64,000 bases of DNA from positions 101,820 to 165,819 of IMG/VR virus record IMGVR_UViG_3300027917_000019, one strand, 5' to 3'. The position numbers and the translations under genes were made by a program. Shown here one piece after another: positions 30,775 through 38,327 of the stretch (the first letter of the stretch is position 1; each line of letters starts with the position of its first letter). The notes below the pieces were generated by a model. That model did no database searches, was not told the origin of the DNA, and saw only the letters and a list, made by a program, of their open reading frames with translations. This stretch comes from a virus.

Positions 30775-31251
30775 ATGTCGTTTGACTTGACCATCGGTAC
30801 TGTTACGTACGTCTTCAACAGCCCTATTCATATTGCGACCCAGGGCTATTTAGATGGTCCTCTAGGGGTTGCCTTTATGGGAGAGGTAGTGGTAATAGAC
30901 TCTGGGCCGCAGGCTGGAGTTTCTAACGTTCCTCCTAACAACATAGGGTCCTTACTTGGAGATCCTCGTCGAGAGTGGTACGTGCGAGAAAATTCACAGG
31001 ATCCGCTGTTTGGTCCCTTGTCTTTTGCCGAAGCCGACAGACATTGTCGTTACCTCTCCCAGCTTGAGGACCGCTCAGGGCTTGCAGAGCTTGTAACCTA
31101 CGTGGCTGATACTAGTCGCGGGGGAGACCCTGCGCGCCTGAGTCCTAAGCCTCGTTTGTTTGTAGCGTTCATTTACATCAAGGGTAAGCGCACACTTGGT
31201 GGCCGTACGGCACAATTTCATTCCGATCGTGGGTTGCTTTCGACCACATAA
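30775..31251 (+). CDS. Protein with C-terminal domain paralogous to 24650-24892
   Basis: WYVRE..F.EA..R.LS..SGL.E..LFV..I..G. Confidence 0.65.
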   Translation: MSFDLTIGTVTYVFNSPIHIATQGYLDGPLGVAFMGEVVVIDSGPQAGVSNVPPNNIGSLLGDPRREWYVRENSQDPLFGPLSFAEADRHCRYLSQLEDRSGLAELVTYVADTSRGGDPARLSPKPRLFVAFIYIKGKRTLGGRTAQFHSDRGLLSTT

Positions 31252-31299
31252 GGACTTACTTTGTCTTGGCGCCGTGTTAAAGCTCCCCGAAAAGAACCT

Positions 31300-31956
31300 A
31301 TGACGACACCCATTGACCACGAAGTCAAGAAGATTCGTGCTCAGCACGAGTTCATCGCTGGGATTGATGAAGCAGGCTGGGGGCCAATTGCTGGGCCTCT
31401 AGTTGCTGCTTGCGTTATTCTCCCAAAAAACATTGAGATTCCGAAGTTTATCAAAGACTCAAAGAAGTTGAATGAGGCGCGTAGGGTAGAAGCATACACT
31501 TGGATTTACCAAAACGCAGTCTATATTTCAGTCGCTGTAGCATCAGTGGATATGTTTACAAAGAACGGTGCAAGCTTTGCACGAGACTACGTATTCAACA
31601 CTTTGGCTAAGGACTTGGCGTTTGAAACGACTACCCTTTCTAGTGCACCATTTATTGTTGTAGATGGTGATTATCTTCCGGAAGGGATGGCAAATGCTGC
31701 TGCTGTGGTGAAGGCGGACGTAATTTGTCCTGAAGTGTCTGCGGCTTCCATTATTGCTAAAGTAAACCGCGACAACGCAATGGTGGTCTTGTCTTCTATG
31801 TACCCTGAGTTCAACTGGGATCTAAATAAGGGGTACGCCACGCCCGAGCACCTGTCTGCTCTCAAGAAGTTCGGTGCAACAAAGATGCACCGTGGTAATG
31901 TTAAGAAAGTGAAGGAAGCTAAGCCTTATGGCAACGAAGCCCCTGGCAAAGATTAA
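31300..31956 (+). CDS. rnhB: Ribonuclease HII
   Basis: GIDEAGWGPIAGP, DSKKL, VDG, KAD..SAASIIAKV.RD, NKGY.T.EH. Confidence 0.95.
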   Translation: MTTPIDHEVKKIRAQHEFIAGIDEAGWGPIAGPLVAACVILPKNIEIPKFIKDSKKLNEARRVEAYTWIYQNAVYISVAVASVDMFTKNGASFARDYVFNTLAKDLAFETTTLSSAPFIVVDGDYLPEGMANAAAVVKADVICPEVSAASIIAKVNRDNAMVVLSSMYPEFNWDLNKGYATPEHLSALKKFGATKMHRGNVKKVKEAKPYGNEAPGKD

Positions 31957-32128
31957 GCACGGTGAATTGGTACTAGGCGTAATTCCTGAAGCCCGATTCT
32001 TCAATGATATTGCGCGCTCGACTTCCCTTGACGTGAAGACGCTGCAACAGACCCTTGCCAACCTTGCAAAAAATGGTTATATCGTCAAAGACTCAAAGGA
32101 TCAGTGGACTATCCCAGTAACTGAATAG
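31928..32128 (+). CDS. Small winged-helix DNA-binding protein
   Basis: FNDIARSTSLDVKTLQQTLANLAKNGYI..W. Confidence 0.6.
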   Translation: MATKPLAKIKHGELVLGVIPEARFFNDIARSTSLDVKTLQQTLANLAKNGYIVKDSKDQWTIPVTE

Positions 32129-32136
32129 GGGACTAA

Positions 32137-32541
32137 ATGAAAATCGACGTTTATACACCGCCGTGGACGTATCTACTGCGCGCGTTCGTACTATTCATTA
32201 TCGCGGCACCAACAATTGCGCTTGGTTGGACGTGGTTTCCTGAGGCACAAACAAACGTGATTGTTGCTCTTGGCGTGTCTTTCATCCCCATCATCCCTGC
32301 TTACTACTTTGCGGCGAAGATTCACCGCTGGTACGTAGGGGATGTAAACTATAAGGGGTTGATTGTTTTCCACATGATTTCTGAACAAGTAGTTCCCACC
32401 TTCCGAGAAGGTGTGCAACAAGCTGTGAAGAAAGTCACCGAAGAATACGTACACCGTTTTGCGAATGACCCGAAGTTTCGTGCCACAGAAATCATGCTGG
32501 CAGTTTTGGATAAGGAAGAGGAAGAGGAAGAGGAAGCGTAA
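32137..32541 (+). CDS. Two-TM membrane protein with acidic tail
   Basis: Two hydrophobic segments; poly-E end. Confidence 0.6.
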   Translation: MKIDVYTPPWTYLLRAFVLFIIAAPTIALGWTWFPEAQTNVIVALGVSFIPIIPAYYFAAKIHRWYVGDVNYKGLIVFHMISEQVVPTFREGVQQAVKKVTEEYVHRFANDPKFRATEIMLAVLDKEEEEEEEA

Positions 32542-32596
32542 TGGGAACGCGCACTTGCATTGTGTGCCGCTGCCGCCTCTCTAGGTTGTTTGCACG

Positions 32597-32824
32597 GTGG
32601 TGATTGAGCGTGAATCCACGTTTACTTGGAGGGAAGACCCTAAATGCCCAGAGATTGGGCGTTGGAGGTTTTGGGAAGTTTTACCCAAGCTGAGTTACAA
32701 CTTTAAGTGTGTAGGTGGAGGCCACAGCCCTAAGGGTTGTGGTCATTTGTTTGTAAGTAAGGGCGCCACACAATGTCCAAGGTGTGGTAATGCTTACGTA
32801 CAAAATATGGGAGAAGAGAAGTGA
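32597..32824 (+). CDS. Zn-ribbon mini-protein
   Basis: C..CGHLF..CPRCGN. Confidence 0.5.
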   Translation: MVIERESTFTWREDPKCPEIGRWRFWEVLPKLSYNFKCVGGGHSPKGCGHLFVSKGATQCPRCGNAYVQNMGEEK

Positions 32825-33174
32825 AAAAGATCGCCGTAAAGGCATACACAAAACTGCGCCCTGGCGAAGTCTATGACTTTCAGTCTTTTGCTGGAGAACG
32901 CTTTGAGCGGGACGGGAAGTCTCTTCTTCGTTTCAAGCCTAGTATTGTGCGCCGTGGAAAGCTTCTTTTTGTTAGTACTCGCTGGCGTGTAGCACGAGAC
33001 CTGAAAGGTAAGGAAATCAGTCGAGAGCTAGTAGGAGATCGGCTTGCTTTTGTTCCAGATGAGGATACAGCTATCTGGGAATTCACAGGTGAAGTACTAA
33101 AGGTTTACGAGTGCCATATTTGTTGTGGCCTGTTTCAGATTTACGAGGTGGAAGATGGGGATGTTGGACCCTGA
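32821..33174 (+). CDS. Hypothetical protein
   Basis: GTGA overlap with upstream stop. Confidence 0.5.
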   Translation: MKKIAVKAYTKLRPGEVYDFQSFAGERFERDGKSLLRFKPSIVRRGKLLFVSTRWRVARDLKGKEISRELVGDRLAFVPDEDTAIWEFTGEVLKVYECHICCGLFQIYEVEDGDVGP

Positions 33175-34135
33175 ACTAAACATTCCGTTTGATGTGTGGG
33201 ATGAGGATGATGTTGATTTGCAGGCTGGGGCGACCCCTGATTCCTACTTTCCTAACGGAGTAGTATTCAACTCGTATCAACTAGCTATTCAATCTACTCT
33301 TGAACTATTAGGGACTAGGATATCCCCCATCCCGGTGATTATGCCTGTCACTGCCTCCCCAGACACAGTTGCTGCTGTGCTGCGCAGCGGGGCCGCTCCG
33401 GTCCTCCTGGACGTGGACTACCTCACCCTTCAGATGAACGCCACGCAGCTTCAGGACGCCCTCCAGGAGCTTGAGAGCGCCATCGTTTTGCTTACCATGC
33501 CAGGAGGGCAGGCAGTAAACGAAGGCTTGATCACACTGGTGGAGGATCTGCCCACAGTTGTTGATACCCGTCTAGTGCCAGATCCGAAGGACCTCAAGCA
33601 GTTAGGATCTTTTACGGTGTACGATTTGGGGCCGATGTGTGGTGCGGGAGGCGTAGTAGTACATAAGTTTCTACCACAGCTTGCTGAGTTGAAAGTAGTA
33701 CGAAGTGGCAGTATGGGGCACTCTGGTAAGCTTTCTTGGCCACAGACCCACTACATCGAGCAGCGTGTTGATCAGGTGGCTAGCAGGAAACAAGACCAAG
33801 CACTCAATGCTTTTCTATACACAGATGCCTTGCGCGCGAGTAATAAGTCTGGTATGATAGTTTTCAAGCATAGCTTGGATTGGCCTTATTACTTAGTTCG
33901 TGTGCCCAATGCTGCGCATGTGGTAGCACATCTTCAAGAGCAAGGTATACGGGCAGTGTTTGGATGTTACCCACTACACCTAGTTGATGAGTTGAAGCCA
34001 CGCTGGACTGAAGCCCCTGAATATCCAGTAGCTGAGAAGCTTAAGGACGAAATAGTGGCGCTTCCTACATGGTTCGATCCTCAAGGTGACTCAGTGAAGA
34101 AAATCATTGGATTGATGCTAGAGGTTTGTGAATGA
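33155..34135 (+). CDS. Degenerate DegT/DnrJ/EryC1/StrS aminotransferase-like protein
   Basis: VIMP..AVLRSGAAPVLLDVD..T..M, GGVVV, YPLH, YPVAE..IVALP; Schiff-base Lys motif absent. Confidence 0.72.
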   Translation: MGMLDPELNIPFDVWDEDDVDLQAGATPDSYFPNGVVFNSYQLAIQSTLELLGTRISPIPVIMPVTASPDTVAAVLRSGAAPVLLDVDYLTLQMNATQLQDALQELESAIVLLTMPGGQAVNEGLITLVEDLPTVVDTRLVPDPKDLKQLGSFTVYDLGPMCGAGGVVVHKFLPQLAELKVVRSGSMGHSGKLSWPQTHYIEQRVDQVASRKQDQALNAFLYTDALRASNKSGMIVFKHSLDWPYYLVRVPNAAHVVAHLQEQGIRAVFGCYPLHLVDELKPRWTEAPEYPVAEKLKDEIVALPTWFDPQGDSVKKIIGLMLEVCE

Positions 34136-34968
34136 GTAAAAAGAAGAAAGTAGATATCAAGGTTCATCTACCTAAGATGATCAATTCTTCGTTGTTGATA
34201 GAATTGCCTGGTAACTCTCAGAAGCAGTCTAGACACGAGTTCACAGAGCTTAGAAAGAGCATCCGTGATAATGGCTTTGATGAGAGCCTACTTGTCAGAC
34301 CCATCGCTGAAGGGTATGAAATCGTAGCTGGTAATCACAGATTTAGAGCCGGTAAGGCTGAAGGAATGGCGGATTTCCCGTGTGTTGTAAGAGACGATTG
34401 GGATGAGGTCAAATCAGAGATCGAGTCTGTTCGTAGAAACTATGTTAGAGGTAAGATTGACAAGACTGCATTCACAGCGCAAGTAGATAAGCTGTCTAGT
34501 AAAGCAAGTTTGCCACTAGACGTTATCTACGAGCAGATGGGATTTGAAGACGCAGATGCCTTCACGAAGTTCTATGAAAAAGAAAAGGCGACACAAAAAG
34601 CTGTTGCGACAGCGACAGCGTCACCGCCAGCAGTTCGAATTCTTGACGACTTGGGTACAGTCATCTCGACTATTCTTGCGGAACACGGAAGTACTGTACC
34701 ACACAGCTTCATCATATTCCCCGCAGGAAATAAACACCACTTATATATTGCAAGTACCCCAGCCCTCAGGGGGGCGTTTGAAGCAATCGTGGAATATTGC
34801 GTATCACAAAGCATTGACATCAACATCGCCCTCGGCGGACTTCTACAAATCGGTATCGCAAACTCCAGCTTCCTCAAAGGCGAGCACAAAGATACTGTTG
34901 ATAGAGGATCTACCGGTGAAGGAGGTGCTGACATTCACGTTCGATCTTTGAAAAAGGATGACCTGTGA
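34132..34968 (+). CDS. ParB/Srx-like N-terminal domain protein
   Basis: LRKSIRDNGFDESLLVR..YEIVAGNHRFRA..N..RG. Confidence 0.82.
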   Translation: MSKKKKVDIKVHLPKMINSSLLIELPGNSQKQSRHEFTELRKSIRDNGFDESLLVRPIAEGYEIVAGNHRFRAGKAEGMADFPCVVRDDWDEVKSEIESVRRNYVRGKIDKTAFTAQVDKLSSKASLPLDVIYEQMGFEDADAFTKFYEKEKATQKAVATATASPPAVRILDDLGTVISTILAEHGSTVPHSFIIFPAGNKHHLYIASTPALRGAFEAIVEYCVSQSIDINIALGGLLQIGIANSSFLKGEHKDTVDRGSTGEGGADIHVRSLKKDDL

Positions 34969-36719
34969 CAAAGCGCTACAAGCCTGAAGACGTCACAGCG
35001 GATGATCTCAGGTACTTAGGTAACGACAGTTTCATCATGTGGGCGTTGACCTCGGGGGCAAAGGTCGATAACAACGATATTGACTTTGACAAGCACAGGT
35101 ACTTGATTCCCATCTACATGGATGATAGTAAGAAGATTGTGTGGCAGAAGGCCGCTCAGATGGGGGCTACTGTTTACATGCTTCTGCGCGCCCTGTGGTG
35201 GTTGGAGAAGCATCCGGGGCGTAAGGCCGGTCTGTACTTCCCCACTAAAGATGGTGTTGAGAACCTGTCAAAGGACAGACTCACGCCTCTCATCGACTCT
35301 GCACCCTCGATCAAGTCGATAACGACAGAAGGTGATAAGCTTGGTCTTCGAAGGGTGGGTACAAGTTCTTTCTACTTGTACCACCTTGGCGGCGTTGCCT
35401 CCAAGGACTCTGTTCCCTTGGACTTCATTTCATTCGATGAGGTTCGTCTTTGTGAACCCAAGGACATTCGTCAGGCCCTTTACCGCATCAGCCACTCAAT
35501 GGGACATGGTTATGGATACCAAACGTTCATGAGTACTTGCGGGCTTCCTGAGATCGATATCAACCGGTACTTCAATGGAGGCACGCAACATGTGTGGATG
35601 AGTAAGTGCGGGTGTGAAGACGGTTGTGACTTAGCCCGCACATTCCCTGCTTGTGTTATCACTGATGATCCTTATAGACCGGGAGAGTTGTATCTTCGTT
35701 GTCCGGCTTGTTGTTATGAAATTAAAGACCCACAGAACGGTCGATACGTTCCTATGAATCCTGGAGCGGACTATAACTCTTACCACGTGAGTCAGTTGGT
35801 TTCCAAATTCCGCCCTCTCAAAGATATCTGGGCAGAGTACCTAGAGACTGTGAACATGGAGGAGTTTTACAACGCCGCTCTGGGTATTCCTTTCATCGAC
35901 GCAGCAAACCGTGGTGTAACTCCCGCTATGCTCAAAGAAGCTATTGACCCTGAGCTTCGTTGGATGAAAGATGAGATTGCCACTAAAGGCAGAAACGCGA
36001 TGCCTAGAACCGCGATGGGAGTAGATCAGGGTGGTGCTTACAACATGGTAGTCATTGCCGATATCAACGCAGATGGTACTAAGAAGCGCATTAGACACGT
36101 TGAGATTATTGAGATGCACAACCCCGACTACTATGAGAATAATGAACAAGTGTCTCCCTTCAATAGACTTTACAAACTCATGGATGAATTCAACGTTGGT
36201 ATTTGTGTAGTGGACATGATGCCAAACTACAACGAAGCTTTGAAGTTTGCACAATCCTTTCCGGGGAGGGTGTTTCTGGCCCGTTATCAGCGAGAGGGCA
36301 CTGAGGTAGTGCAGTGGGGAGACCGTGGTAAGACCAAAGAGACCGTCCGCAAGGCTGGTCCGCTTCTCAAGTTCAAGTACCAATGTGCTCTTGGGCGCTT
36401 TCCTTCTCTATCCTTCGCCTTGGGCGAGTGGCGTGAAGGAAACGTTTCTATTCCCCCGTTGGACGGGCTTAGACAGATGGCCCGTTCAGAGGAACAAGAC
36501 TCCCGTAACCAGCTTCTCCCGGAGGCCCCGGCTAGACGCCTCTTCAGCCACCTTCCAAGGCTTATCAAGCGTTGGAAAGAGGTCGGTGAGGCGGCCGAAG
36601 GCAAGGGGCGCTGGGAGTGGATTTACGCAGGGGGAGACCCACACTTGGCACATGCTTGGAACTACTGTAACGTGGCGCTGGAGAGGCTTAGGCGAAAACC
36701 CCTCTGGACATTCGGGTGA
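34965..36719 (+). CDS. terL: Terminase large subunit, lambda gpA-like
   Basis: KAAQMGAT, YFPT, FDEV, MST, YHVSQL, FYNAALG.P, MGVDQG, GDPHLAHA. Confidence 0.88.
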   Translation: MTKRYKPEDVTADDLRYLGNDSFIMWALTSGAKVDNNDIDFDKHRYLIPIYMDDSKKIVWQKAAQMGATVYMLLRALWWLEKHPGRKAGLYFPTKDGVENLSKDRLTPLIDSAPSIKSITTEGDKLGLRRVGTSSFYLYHLGGVASKDSVPLDFISFDEVRLCEPKDIRQALYRISHSMGHGYGYQTFMSTCGLPEIDINRYFNGGTQHVWMSKCGCEDGCDLARTFPACVITDDPYRPGELYLRCPACCYEIKDPQNGRYVPMNPGADYNSYHVSQLVSKFRPLKDIWAEYLETVNMEEFYNAALGIPFIDAANRGVTPAMLKEAIDPELRWMKDEIATKGRNAMPRTAMGVDQGGAYNMVVIADINADGTKKRIRHVEIIEMHNPDYYENNEQVSPFNRLYKLMDEFNVGICVVDMMPNYNEALKFAQSFPGRVFLARYQREGTEVVQWGDRGKTKETVRKAGPLLKFKYQCALGRFPSLSFALGEWREGNVSIPPLDGLRQMARSEEQDSRNQLLPEAPARRLFSHLPRLIKRWKEVGEAAEGKGRWEWIYAGGDPHLAHAWNYCNVALERLRRKPLWTFG

Positions 36720-36749
36720 TCCAGCCTTACATTTGCAAGAGGAGACGGT

Positions 36750-37028
36750 ATGACTGAAGCCACAAATAAAAACGACTTCACGCTCAATTCGCTAGAGGAC
36801 CTTGAGATTGTCCGCGTACAGATGACGCTATTTAATGGCAGTGAAAAAGAGATTACCATGGAAGGAAGTCTCTTGAAGAACGGGGTAGCTCCTTTCAAGG
36901 AATTTGTTGAAGGGCATGATATTAAGTTCGACTCTATCAAGGAACTTCGGGTCGAAACCTTTAGTGGCAGGGGCGGGGCTTACGGGCGTTCTAGGAGTGA
37001 ATGCATGTTTAAGCCTATTGATTGGTAG
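36750..37028 (+). CDS. Hypothetical protein
   Basis: GAGGAG RBS. Confidence 0.6.
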   Translation: MTEATNKNDFTLNSLEDLEIVRVQMTLFNGSEKEITMEGSLLKNGVAPFKEFVEGHDIKFDSIKELRVETFSGRGGAYGRSRSECMFKPIDW

Positions 37029-37034
37029 ACCTTT

Positions 37035-37069
37035 CCACCCTTTAGTTGTATAATTCAACTGAAGGGTGG
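37035..37069 (+). promoter_or_regulatory. 14-bp hairpin with TATAAT in loop, covering RBS/start of 37066 ORF
   Basis: CCACCCTTTAGTTG-TATAATT-CAACTGAAGGGTGG. Confidence 0.6.
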
Positions 37070-37344
37070 TATTGGTGGATAAACCAGCATCTACTGAAGA
37101 AACAGTTGACCGCCTCATAGCAGAGGCGCGTCAACTACACCTTCTTCTAAAAACAGTTCGCCACGAATTGCGGGCAATTGTAGACCTTGATAGCCTATCG
37201 CTGCAAGGTGCGGTAGCGTATTTGGTTAGACAAAAGCGGCTGCTGGATGAAGTGAAGCGGCTTCTTAAACGAGCAAACAATACACCTGGAGAAGCACTCA
37301 ATATCCTCCTCCAGATTGAGAGTCTTATAGACAAGTCGGAGTGA
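37066..37344 (+). CDS. Hypothetical helical protein
   Basis: ORF. Confidence 0.5.
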   Translation: MVLVDKPASTEETVDRLIAEARQLHLLLKTVRHELRAIVDLDSLSLQGAVAYLVRQKRLLDEVKRLLKRANNTPGEALNILLQIESLIDKSE

Positions 37345-37347
37345 TAA

Positions 37348-37611
37348 ATGATCCTATTCTGGTTGTTGGTTCTACTGTTGGTAGTTCTGACTTTCAGTTT
37401 TGGAATTGTTTTGTATCTTCCCGGTCTTCTCTTGTCTAGACTTACCAGGCGCCCGTGGTTTGAATCCCCGGGCGCCTATTTGATTGGGGCAGGCATTCTC
37501 CTCATATACGCGGCTGTTCGCGTGCATGAGGAGCTTGCTTCGGAACCTGGGCACATTCATGAGCGTGCAAGCAAGCTAATGCAAGGGGACAAATGCAACA
37601 ACAACTACTGA
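37348..37611 (+). CDS. Two-TM membrane protein
   Basis: Two hydrophobic helices. Confidence 0.55.
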   Translation: MILFWLLVLLLVVLTFSFGIVLYLPGLLLSRLTRRPWFESPGAYLIGAGILLIYAAVRVHEELASEPGHIHERASKLMQGDKCNNNY

Positions 37612-38099
37612 CCAGCAAAAGTGACCACTGGAATACCCCCGTTTCTTTCCTAGAGAGAGTTGAAGAGATAGATGCCATTGGACTTGATCCGTGTCCAAAC
37701 AGCCACAGTTACGTAAATGCTTTTGTAGAGTACTCCCTAGCGAACGAAGAAGACGGGTTGGCCCTACCCTGGCACAGCAACGGACTCGTCTTCGTCAACC
37801 CTCCCTACGGGAGAAAGCTCAAGTCGTGGACTAGAAAGATTGCTGAAGAAGCCCTGCGTGGAGCAGAGATCGTAGCCCTCACACCTGCGCGAACAGATAC
37901 GCGATGGTTCCACGACTACATCCACCCGTACGCCAACTCCATGCTGTTTTGGAAGGGAAGAATCAAGTTCATAGACGGCACTACGGGTAAGGAACGCCAC
38001 TCGGCCACCTTCCCGAGCTTGGTCTCATACTTCGGGCCCAGACCCACGAAGTTCAAGGCTGCTTTTGGAGATGCTGGTCTACTCATTGAGTTGAGGTAA
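37593..38099 (+). CDS. Phage DNA N6-adenine methyltransferase
   Basis: W.TP, LDPC, DGL..W, FVNPPYG, PARTDT.WFH, GRIKF. Confidence 0.9.
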   Translation: MQQQLLTSKSDHWNTPVSFLERVEEIDAIGLDPCPNSHSYVNAFVEYSLANEEDGLALPWHSNGLVFVNPPYGRKLKSWTRKIAEEALRGAEIVALTPARTDTRWFHDYIHPYANSMLFWKGRIKFIDGTTGKERHSATFPSLVSYFGPRPTKFKAAFGDAGLLIELR

Positions 38100-38242
38100 A
38101 GATTTCCTAGGCAGCTTCAGATTCTTCTGCTACAATGTTTGTGGGGATGGAGGTTTTTGTGATCGTCATCGACCTACTTGGAGAAACTGAAGATGGACTA
38201 GTTCATTCGCAGAAAGATTCCTGCGAAAACGATCCAGAACGC

Positions 38243-38284
38243 AAAAAGGGCCGCCCCGAGGATTTGATCCCCGAGACGGCCCTT
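38243..38284 (-). terminator. Intrinsic terminator of the minus-strand arm at the convergence point
   Basis: Minus strand AAGGGCCGTCTCGGGGAT-CAA-ATCCTCGGGGCGGCCCTT-TTT. Confidence 0.8.
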
Positions 38285-38327
38285 CAAATTGTGGTGCCGA
38301 CAACGCCGGCTAATGAGGTTCCTCCTC

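Noticed and set aside
8-36719. Inteins or introns in DnaB, PolA, RecA, TerL
   Set aside because: Lengths are normal, there are no C/S..HN splice motifs or LAGLIDADG blocks, and frames are uninterrupted.
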